Positions 56,055 to 64,000 of a DNA stretch of 64,000 nucleotides are shown here, in pieces. The position numbers and the translations under genes are program-made. The notes beneath the pieces are model-generated. The model was not told the DNA's origin. It did not search any database and was given only the letters and a program-made list of their open reading frames with translations. How positions within the stretch are numbered: position 1 is the first letter of the stretch; every line of letters starts with the position of its first letter. This DNA comes from Gammaproteobacteria bacterium (GTDB lineage: Bacteria > Pseudomonadota > Gammaproteobacteria > Ga0077536), in contig JAVJVZ010000067.1 in assembly GCA_040220855.1 (NCBI GenBank), forward strand, positions 43,756 to 107,755, in the 5' to 3' direction.

Positions 56055-56783
56055 TCAGGCGGGCGGTCGGCGCAGGATGTCGACGCGCATCGGGGCACGG
56101 AAATCCGCGCCGCCTGCACCGAGATGCGCCTCGAACGCGCGTCGCACGCGGGCCAGCGTGAGGTCGTCGAGGCGGTGTTCGCTGTGTGTGGCGTTGATGA
56201 TGCGGCGCTCGAAATCGGCAAAGTCGTCAAAGTGCACGGGGCTGAGGAAGAACGCTTCCCGGACCAGTTCGAGGGTGCCGGCCGCGACCGCACGCACCAG
56301 CGCGTCGAAGGCCGCCTGGCGCACCGCCTGCTCGTCGTGGAAGAGGCGGATGACATCGTTGAAGGCACCGGCGAAGATCGGCTCGGATACGTAGAGCAGG
56401 CCGCCCGGACGCAGGATGCGGGCAATCTCGGTGAGGGCCGCGTCGAGCGCCTCGCCCGGCACGTGGTGCAGCGATTTGAACATCATCACCACGTCGACGC
56501 TGGCGTCGTCGAGATCGATGCACTCGGCGCCGCCGTAGCGGAACTCGACGTTGGGCAGGTCGGTACGCGCGAGATTGCGCGTATGCTGCACGCGATCCAC
56601 CTCGTAGGCGATCACGCGGCGGTCGGATCCGCCGGTGGCGATGGCGGCGGTGTGTACGGCGCTGCCGCAGCCGAGTTCGACGATGAGCGCGCCGTCGAGC
56701 GGCAGGCTGGCGTAGATGTCGGCATCGCTGTGCACGGCGTCGATCGGTTCATGGGCGATCTGCATGGCGATATCCCCGGTCAT
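56055..56783 (-). CDS. Class I SAM-dependent methyltransferase
   Basis: SAM-binding motif I is [10 protein letters not shown], followed by a post-I acidic residue and [12 protein letters not shown]. The start overlaps the upstream GST stop. ATG 56765 is an alternative start. Confidence 0.8.
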   Translation of the reverse strand: MTGDIAMQIAHEPIDAVHSDADIYASLPLDGALIVELGCGSAVHTAAIATGGSDRRVIAYEVDRVQHTRNLARTDLPNVEFRYGGAECIDLDDASVDVVMMFKSLHHVPGEALDAALTEIARILRPGGLLYVSEPIFAGAFNDVIRLFHDEQAVRQAAFDALVRAVAAGTLELVREAFFLSPVHFDDFADFERRIINATHSEHRLDDLTLARVRRAFEAHLGAGGADFRAPMRVDILRRPPA

Positions 56784-57460
56784 TTCGTCACCAGTGAGCG
56801 TACGACGCTGTCATCGCTGTCGAGATCGGCTTCGAGCTTGGCCCAGTCCGGCGCGTAGGGCACGGCAATGCCGCGCTGGCATGCGGGGCGCGCCTCCATG
56901 CGCTCGAGCCAGGCGTTCAGATGGGTGAGCCCCGCGACGCTGCTGCCGCCCCAGAAGTGGATGCGTACCCAGCACCAGTTGGCGATGTCGGCGATGGAGT
57001 AGTCGTCGCACAGGTATTCGCGGCCGGCGAGCTGGCCGTCGAGCACTTCGTAGAGGCGGCGGCATTCGTTGTGGTAGCGCGCGATCGCCGCGGGCAGCTT
57101 TTCCGGGAAATAGCGGTAGAAGACGTTCGACTGGCCCATCATCGGCCCGATGCCGGCCATCTGGAACATCAGCCATTGCGTCACGCGTGACTTGCCCTTG
57201 GCATCGCGCGGCATGAGCTGGCCGCTCTGCTCGGCGAGGTAGAGCATGATGGCGCCCGATTCGAACACCGGGAAGTCGTCGTTGGCGCGGTCGACGATGG
57301 CGGGGATACGGCCATTGGGGCACAGCTTCAGGAACCAGTCCTGTTTCTGCTCACCCTTCATGATGTCGACATGGTGGACGGTGTAGGGCATGCCGATTTC
57401 CTCGAGCATGACCGAGACCTTCCAGCCGTTCGGAGTGGAATCGGTGTAGAGATCGATCAT
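56780..57460 (-). CDS. Nu-class glutathione S-transferase (YfcG/YghU-like disulfide reductase type)
   Basis: The N-terminus [38 protein letters not shown]...[10 protein letters not shown]...[12 protein letters not shown] resembles E. coli YfcG over its whole length. The track ORF begins at 57634. Confidence 0.85.
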   Translation of the reverse strand: MIDLYTDSTPNGWKVSVMLEEIGMPYTVHHVDIMKGEQKQDWFLKLCPNGRIPAIVDRANDDFPVFESGAIMLYLAEQSGQLMPRDAKGKSRVTQWLMFQMAGIGPMMGQSNVFYRYFPEKLPAAIARYHNECRRLYEVLDGQLAGREYLCDDYSIADIANWCWVRIHFWGGSSVAGLTHLNAWLERMEARPACQRGIAVPYAPDWAKLEADLDSDDSVVRSLVTK

Positions 57461-57717
57461 TGGTGCTTCCGGCGTCGTGAGTGGGGCTTCATGGTAGCCC
57501 ACCGCCGCGATTCCCTTAACAGGCTGGTGGGAAACGACGGCGGGCACGGTCTGCGGCCTTGCGCACTCGCCTGCGGTCCTCATTGATCCACATGAACGCC
57601 GGTTCCCCGCTCGGACGCGCCTTGCAGGCCGCACGCCTCGCGACGCTTTTCACCAGACTGTTCAATCGACGATGACGCGGCGCGGTGCGAAGACGCCGCG
57701 TGCGCGGCATGCGGCTC

Positions 57718-58548
57718 TCAGGGAGCGTCGGTGTCGCCACTGCCGCCGGTGAGCGGCACGAAGCGTACCGGCAGCACGCCGGTCCGCGTGGTGTTGCCCG
57801 CCGCGTCCTTCTCGATCACGGTGAGCTCCTGCTCGCCCCAGGCGCTGTCGATGGGAATGACGAGGCGCCCGCCCGGGGCGAGCTGTTCGACCAGCGCGGG
57901 CGGCAACTCGCCGCCGGCGGTCACTACGATGGCGTCGAACGGGGCCGCCTGCGGCCAACCCGCGGTGCCGTCACCGATGCGCACGCTGACGTTCGCATAG
58001 CCGAGTTCGTCGAGCAGCGCGGCCGCGCGTTCGCCGAGCGCGGCGACGATCTCGATGCTGTAGACCTCGGCACCGAGCTCGGCGAGCACGGCCGCCTGGT
58101 ACCCCGAGCCGGTCCCGATCTCGAGCACGCGGTCGCCGCGTTCGATATCGGCAAGCTCGGTCATGAGGGCCACGATGAAGGGCTGCGAGATGGTCTGGCC
58201 GTGACCGATGCTGAGCGGCCGATTGGCATAGGCGGCGGCGCGGCTGTCGGGCGGAACGAAACGGTGACGCGGAACGCTGGCCATGGCCGAGGCAACCGGC
58301 CCGCTCATCTCGCGTACCCCGGTCATGCTGGCGGTCGCGCGGAAATCGAAGCGGATCTTCTCGATCAGTCGCGCGTGGTCGCCGTCACGCGCGAACGCAC
58401 CGCCGGCGTCCTCAGTCGCCATGCAGGTGGGCAACCAGATCAGTATGAGCACCAGCAGGGCACGGCGTGGCCGCTGGCTCAGCGCGCGCGGGGGGGGCGA
58501 GTAAAGTCCCCGGCGCCGCTGCAGGGGACATTGAGCGGGGGAGGTCAC
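57718..58548 (-). CDS. pcm: Protein-L-isoaspartate O-methyltransferase, possibly with an N-terminal export signal
   Basis: It contains the Pcm motifs GHGQTISQPFIVALMTE, VLEIGTGSGYQAAVLA and GGRLVIPI. The start is uncertain. The GTG at 58548 gives a hydrophobic RRALLVLILIWLPTC segment, while the ATG at about 58422 gives a cytoplasmic form. Confidence 0.85.
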   Translation of the reverse strand: MTSPAQCPLQRRRGLYSPPPRALSQRPRRALLVLILIWLPTCMATEDAGGAFARDGDHARLIEKIRFDFRATASMTGVREMSGPVASAMASVPRHRFVPPDSRAAAYANRPLSIGHGQTISQPFIVALMTELADIERGDRVLEIGTGSGYQAAVLAELGAEVYSIEIVAALGERAAALLDELGYANVSVRIGDGTAGWPQAAPFDAIVVTAGGELPPALVEQLAPGGRLVIPIDSAWGEQELTVIEKDAAGNTTRTGVLPVRFVPLTGGSGDTDAP

Positions 58549-58569
58549 GGCGCCGGGGCAGGACGAATC

Positions 58570-59073
58570 TCACGCGCCCTGTACGGGAATCTTGCGAACC
58601 CGCGTATGCACGGCGCGCGGCAGGTGGACATGCAGCACGCCACGACGGTAGCTGGCGCGGCCGCCGCTCTCGTCGACCGCGACGGGCAGACGTAATGCGC
58701 GCTCGAAGCTGCCGTAGGCACGCTCCATGACGTGGAAGCGGCCCTGGGTGCGTTCCTGTTCGATGTGCTTCTCTCCGCGCACGACCAGCACGTCGTCGAG
58801 GACATCGATGGTGAAATCGTCCTCGTCCATGCCAGGGCATTCGAGGGTCACCTCGACGCTGTCGTCGTCGACCTTGACCTCGGCGGCGAGGACGCCCCAG
58901 CGGCTGCCGGCAGCGACGTGACGGGCGCGGGCCTCGTCGCCTCCGCTGGCGCGGTGCACCGGGTTGAAGCGGGTCAGGGCGTCGCCCGCACGCGCAGTGA
59001 AGTCGCGCCAGCCTTCCGCAATGCCATCCCATGCACGGCTGAGCCCGTGCTTGAGATCCTGTAACGTGCTCAT
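58570..59073 (-). CDS. Hsp20/alpha-crystallin small heat-shock protein
   Basis: The alpha-crystallin domain shows in VKVDDDSVEVTLECPGMDEDDFTIDVLDDVLVVRGEK...ERAYGSFERALRLP...GVLHVHLP. Confidence 0.9.
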   Translation of the reverse strand: MSTLQDLKHGLSRAWDGIAEGWRDFTARAGDALTRFNPVHRASGGDEARARHVAAGSRWGVLAAEVKVDDDSVEVTLECPGMDEDDFTIDVLDDVLVVRGEKHIEQERTQGRFHVMERAYGSFERALRLPVAVDESGGRASYRRGVLHVHLPRAVHTRVRKIPVQGA

Positions 59074-59171
59074 GGTTGCGATCCTCCACGTGCGGTCGTC
59101 GCGATGATGCTCGCGCGTGCGGCGCGCGGCGTCTTGATCGAAATCACCTTGGCGCTATGCACCGATTGCTC

Positions 59172-59200
59172 ACATGGGGGTGTCGGCACGCTGCTTCAAG
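59172..59200 (-). promoter_or_regulatory. Sigma-32-type promoter for the minus-strand hsp20(-pcm) unit
   Basis: The minus strand reads CTTGAA-GCAGCGTGCCGACA-CCCCCATGT, a near-consensus RpoH promoter. It lies about 100 nt upstream of the hsp20 start. Confidence 0.65.
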
Positions 59201-59227
59201 GCCGGCCGAAGGCGCTGCCGGCCGGGT

Positions 59228-59255
59228 CTTGAATTCGATTGCCGACACACCATCT
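59228..59255 (+). promoter_or_regulatory. Sigma-32-type promoter for the plus-strand hsp20
   Basis: CTTGAA-TTCGATTGCCGACA-CACCATCT has the same geometry and the same TGCCGACA spacer block as the divergent promoter 27 nt away. It lies 42 nt upstream of the ATG. Confidence 0.5.
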
Positions 59256-59296
59256 CGGGGCTTAACGGCAACCGACGAACTGTGGAGGTTCGGACC

Positions 59297-59740
59297 ATGC
59301 GTACCACTGTCTACGATCCTTTCTCGACCATCCGGCGCCTGCAGGACGAAATGAATCGCGCCTTCGGCAGCGCGCTGACCAGCAACGAGGACAGCTCGGC
59401 CTCGGCGGTGAGCCACTGGGTGCCAGCGGTCGACGTACACGAAGAAGCCGACCGCTACGTGATCGTCGCGGATGTCCCCGGCGTGGAGCCGGACGCCATC
59501 GAGGTGTCCATGGAGAACGGCATATTGACCATTTCCGGCGAGCGACGTGACGAACGCCGCAGCGAGAATGGCGGGGCACACCGCGTCGAACGCGTCTATG
59601 GCTCGTTCTACCGGCGCTTTACCCTGCCCGATACCGCCGATGCCGAGCGCGTCGAGGCGCGCAGCACGCACGGTGTGCTCGAAATCAGCATTCCCAAGAA
59701 GGCCCAGGTCCAGCCGAAGAAGATCAAGGTCGGGGGCTGA
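59297..59740 (+). CDS. Hsp20/IbpA-type small heat-shock protein
   Basis: The sequence begins MRTTVYDPFSTIRRLQDEMNRAF and contains WVPAVDVHEEADRYVIVADVPGVEPDAIEVSMENGILTISGER...ERVYGSFYRRFTLP...GVLEISIPK. The ATG follows GGAGG; the track ORF begins at 59174. Confidence 0.9.
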   Translation: MRTTVYDPFSTIRRLQDEMNRAFGSALTSNEDSSASAVSHWVPAVDVHEEADRYVIVADVPGVEPDAIEVSMENGILTISGERRDERRSENGGAHRVERVYGSFYRRFTLPDTADAERVEARSTHGVLEISIPKKAQVQPKKIKVGG

Positions 59741-59750
59741 ACGGGAACTG

Positions 59751-59809
59751 CCGCGGCGAGGCTGCGCAAGCGCGGGTTCAGCGGCCTCTATCGTGCAGCC
59801 TCGCCGCGG
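59751..59809 (+). terminator. Long stem-loop directly after the plus-strand hsp20
   Basis: A 15-bp perfect inverted repeat, CCGCGGCGAGGCTGC...GCAGCCTCGCCGCGG, encloses a 29-nt loop and starts 11 nt after the stop codon. No U-tract is present. Confidence 0.45.
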
Positions 59810-59902
59810 TCCATGCCGGGCGCCGCCCTGACCCGCCTTGACCCTGGTCAGGGCGCGACGAGCGCTTCTGGCGCATGATAGGCGCCAGGCAGGGGAGAGC
59901 GG

Positions 59903-60805
59903 ATGAGCGAGTCCGGCACGCTGCACCGCGTCGTCGCGCTGTCCGCCGACGTGAGCGGCAGTACGCGTCTGTACGAGACCTTCGGCAACGACGTCGCGCG
60001 GCGCGACGTCGCGCTCTGCCTTGCCCTGCTCGCCGCCGTTGCGGAACGCCACGCGGGCGTCGTCGACGGCACCGCGGGTGACGAGATCCTGTGCCACTTC
60101 GCCCACCCGCGCGACGCCGCCGAGGTCGGTCGCGAGATGCACGAGGCACTGCGCGCGGCGAGCGCCGCCCGGCGCTTCCGCTGCGGCGAGCTGCGCGTCA
60201 AGGTCGCCTGGCATTACGGTCTCGCGGAGTGGCGTGATGGCACCCTGGTCGGCGCCACGCCGCGCGTCCAGCAACAGATCATTGCCTGCGCGCGGCCCGA
60301 GGAGGTACTGGTGTCAGGCGACGCGCTGGAGGCGTTGCCGATGGCGATGCGCGCGACGGCGCAGCTCATCGACACCGTGAACTCGGTCGTCGATGGGGCG
60401 CCGCTCGCGGTCTACCGGCTGCCTTGGGACGACGACACCGAGGTCACGCGTTACCGTGCGCCGGCACCGCCGGCCGGCACCAGCCGGCGCCTCGAGCTGC
60501 GCCGCGGCGCCCGCTGCTGGCACCTCGATGCCGACCATCCGGGTTGCACCATCGGCCGCACCGACGACAACGACATCGCTACCGGGAGTCGCTTCACCTC
60601 GCGCCATCACGCGAGCATCGACCTGCGACACGGTCGCTTCTACCTGAGCGACGCTTCCAGCAACGGCACGCTCGTGATCAGGGACGGTACCGAGCGCGAG
60701 CTGGTGCGCCACGAACAGGCCGTGCTGCATGGCAGCGGCGAGCTGGTGTTCGGCGATATCGCCGGACAGGACGACGACGCCCGTCTCAGCTTCCGCTGCG
60801 AATGA
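59903..60805 (+). CDS. Class III adenylate/guanylate cyclase domain fused to a C-terminal FHA domain
   Basis: Cyclase-homology motifs are present (VVALSADVSGSTRLYE, TAGDEILCHF, VKVAWHYG). The FHA motif is CTIGRTDDNDIATGSRFTSRHHASIDLRHGRFYLSDASSNGTLV. Confidence 0.75.
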   Translation: MSESGTLHRVVALSADVSGSTRLYETFGNDVARRDVALCLALLAAVAERHAGVVDGTAGDEILCHFAHPRDAAEVGREMHEALRAASAARRFRCGELRVKVAWHYGLAEWRDGTLVGATPRVQQQIIACARPEEVLVSGDALEALPMAMRATAQLIDTVNSVVDGAPLAVYRLPWDDDTEVTRYRAPAPPAGTSRRLELRRGARCWHLDADHPGCTIGRTDDNDIATGSRFTSRHHASIDLRHGRFYLSDASSNGTLVIRDGTERELVRHEQAVLHGSGELVFGDIAGQDDDARLSFRCE

Positions 60806-60832
60806 GCGCGCCGTGCCCCGTGTCGCCGCCGC

Positions 60833-62308
<1,476 letters not shown>

Positions 62309-62396
62309 GCGTCAGTCTCCTCGTACTCCCGGCACCTTTTAACCCGCCTGTCGCGGGCCTGCGTTGACGACCGTCAAGGCACCACGCGGGCGGCCT

Positions 62397-64000
62397 TCAA
62401 TCCGCGCGGGCGAGGCTCACGCGATTGTCATGGAAGGCGGCCCCGCCGGCCGGGGCGACCGGGTCGGCGCCGGTCAGCGCGTTGATGCCGAGTCCGCCGT
62501 CGAAGGCATCGTTCGGCCAGATGCTCTCGGCGACGACGATACCGCGCTGCAGACCCGCGAAACGCTCCGCGGCGAGACGCACGCGGCCGCGCGCGTTGCT
62601 GACCACGACTGTGTCGCCGTCGTCGAGACCGAGCGCGGCGGCATCGTCCGGGTGCAGCAGCAGCGTCGGCCGACGTTCGCGGCGCCGGGAGCTCGGCGTC
62701 TCGTTGAACGAGGAATTGAGGAAGTGACGCGACGGCGCGGTGACGAGGCGAAACGCGTCCGCGTCACGGGTCGCCTCGAGCGCGTCCCAGTGATCGGGCA
62801 GGCGCGGCATGGCGGCGAGCGTCTCCGCTGGCACGAAGCCCGCGGAACCCGCCGTGGACCAGTCGGCGGCGAAGTGCCAGCGCCCGTCCGCATGGCCGAA
62901 ACCATCGAGGAAATGTGCCGTGCGGAAGTCGGGCTGGGCGTCGATCCAACGCGCCGCCTCGAGCGTCGCGAGCTCACCCCAGCCGGAGGCGGCCAGGGTC
63001 CAGTCGATGATCTCGCGCGGCGTCATGTGGAAGCCCCGGTGCTCGGCGCCGACGCGCGCAGCGAGTGCGCAGATGAGCTCGTGATTCGAACGACACTCGC
63101 CCGGCGGCGCGACGATGCGTGGGCTGAACTGGATGTGCTGCTGGCCGCCGCCCTGGTAGAGATCGTCGTGTTCGAGGAACATCGTGGCCGGTAAGACGAT
63201 GTCCGCCATCGCCGCGGTCTCGGTCATGAACTGTTCGTGCACGCAGGTGAAGAGATCCTCGCGCGCGAAGCCCCGCCGCACGGTGTTGAGATCGGGCGCG
63301 ACTGACATCGGGTTGGTGTTCTGTACCAGCAGCGCGGTCACCGGCGGGCCGCCGCGGAGCGCGAACGGCTCGCCGGTCAGCACCGCGCCGATGCGCGACT
63401 GGTCGAGCAGGCGCACACCGGGGTCGCGCACGTCGAGGCCGTCGATCAGCGTGCGGTCCCAGTGGAAGATGGCACCGTTGTTGTGGAAGGCGCCGCCGCC
63501 CGGGTGCTGCCAGGCGCCGGTAACGGCGGCGATCGAGGCCGCGGCATGCATGTTGACGGCACCGTTGCGGCTGCGTGAAAAGCCGTAGCCGAGACGGATG
63601 TAGGTGCGCGGATGCCGGCCGACCAGCGACGCGAAGGCCTCGATGTCGGCCACCGGTACGCCGCAGATCGCACTCGCCCAGTCCGGCGTACGCGTGGCGA
63701 GGTGAGCCTCGAGCTCGTTCGGGCAGTCGGTGTAGCGGGCGAGGTAGTCGCGGTCGGCATGGCCGTCGCGGAACAGCACGTGCATGACGGCGCAGGCGAG
63801 CGCACCGTCGGTGCCGGGTCGCAGACAGAGGAAGTCGTCGGCCTGCCGGGCGGTTGCGTTGGCGTAGATGTCGACGACCACGATCCGCGCGCCCCGTGCG
63901 CGCCGCGCGGCGAGCGCGTGGCTCATCACGTTGACCTGGGTCGACGCGGCATTGGTGCCCCAGATGACGATGACGTCGGATTGTGCCATCTCGCGCGGGT
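62397..64000 (-). CDS. Molybdopterin (bis-MGD) oxidoreductase, MopB superfamily; N-terminus lies beyond the right window edge
   Basis: The pattern SDVIVIWGTNAASTQVN...VVVDIYANATA...CLRPGTDGAL is typical of the MGD-binding region, which normally lies about 150-200 aa into such enzymes. A C-terminal beta-barrel domain is also present (DGDTVVVSNARGRV). The frame stays open upstream of the ATG at 63989. Confidence 0.8.
   Translation of the reverse strand, partial: PREMAQSDVIVIWGTNAASTQVNVMSHALAARRARGARIVVVDIYANATARQADDFLCLRPGTDGALACAVMHVLFRDGHADRDYLARYTDCPNELEAHLATRTPDWASAICGVPVADIEAFASLVGRHPRTYIRLGYGFSRSRNGAVNMHAAASIAAVTGAWQHPGGGAFHNNGAIFHWDRTLIDGLDVRDPGVRLLDQSRIGAVLTGEPFALRGGPPVTALLVQNTNPMSVAPDLNTVRRGFAREDLFTCVHEQFMTETAAMADIVLPATMFLEHDDLYQGGGQQHIQFSPRIVAPPGECRSNHELICALAARVGAEHRGFHMTPREIIDWTLAASGWGELATLEAARWIDAQPDFRTAHFLDGFGHADGRWHFAADWSTAGSAGFVPAETLAAMPRLPDHWDALEATRDADAFRLVTAPSRHFLNSSFNETPSSRRRERRPTLLLHPDDAAALGLDDGDTVVVSNARGRVRLAAERFAGLQRGIVVAESIWPNDAFDGGLGINALTGADPVAPAGGAAFHDNRVSLARAD

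Noticed and set aside
57675-57701. The hairpin ACGCGGCG...CGCCGCGT downstream of pcm, considered as a terminator.
   Set aside because: The stem is only 8 bp, the loop is 11 nt and no U-tract follows on the minus strand. It is not distinguishable from background GC-rich dyads.
53057-59740. Possible relationship of the htpX-pcm-hsp20 region to the transmissible locus of heat resistance (LHR/TLPQC).
   Set aside because: The region has no clpK/clpG disaggregase, no LHR-specific genes, no flanking mobility genes and no compositional break visible by eye. It looks like a native RpoH-regulon cluster.

Overview
This is a very GC-rich proteobacterial chromosomal segment. The CTGT-N8-ACAG LexA box points to a beta- or gammaproteobacterium. 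It reads as core or accessory metabolism rather than a mobile island. I saw no rRNA, tRNA, CRISPR, transposase, integrase or phage genes.

About 55 CDS are supportable.
- **Left edge to sulfite operon:** the window starts with a truncated rhlE DEAD-box helicase, an orphan dCache histidine kinase, a GST and an APH-type kinase. An apparent operon follows, carrying a SoxC/SoxD-type periplasmic sulfite dehydrogenase, a secreted MBL hydrolase, an MFS transporter and a TauD-family dioxygenase.
- **Envelope pair and sox:** next come a FecR-domain protein and a mini-autotransporter. A divergent pair follows, made of a Tat-exported nitroreductase/SagB-fold protein and an FrhB-type Fe-S protein. It sits directly upstream of a tightly coupled soxXYZAB cluster plus a DUF336/GlcG-like gene.
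- **Middle of the window:** an F420-type LLM oxidoreductase, a polysaccharide deacetylase, a DsbA/HCCA isomerase and a transglutaminase-like protein. After these come an orphan TupA-like binding protein divergent from yqeC, an aminotransferase, DUF992, a stand-alone LexA-boxed dnaE2, and serC-serA.
- **Carboxylase operon and signalling genes:** an AtuA-type operon carries enoyl-CoA hydratase, AtuA, biotin carboxylase, a separate BT-BCCP protein and a carboxyltransferase. A CBS protein, a coiled-coil GGDEF cyclase and a CbbQ/NorQ plus CbbO/NorD pair with no client gene follow. Then comes a 1130-aa Amt-PAS-GGDEF-EAL fusion behind a near-consensus sigma-54 promoter.
- **Right end:** RidA, two more LLM oxidoreductases, and an OmpR/HK pair. 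A proteostasis cluster follows (htpX, GST plus methyltransferase, pcm, two divergent hsp20 genes) with three sigma-32-like promoters. The window ends with a cyclase-FHA fusion, a two-domain PPK2 and a truncated molybdopterin oxidoreductase.

Many long ORFs in the supplied track are antisense or alternative-frame shadows typical of high-GC DNA, and I rejected or trimmed them.

I did not find a clear-cut novel defence or mobile system. The most unexplained items are:
- the Tat-nitroreductase/FrhB pair next to sox;
- a 22-bp intergenic repeat family that embeds perfect DnaA-box 9-mers;
- the orphan CbbQ/O-DGC module;
- the concentration of F420-type enzyme families.

All family assignments come from motif recognition by eye. 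No database search was run.
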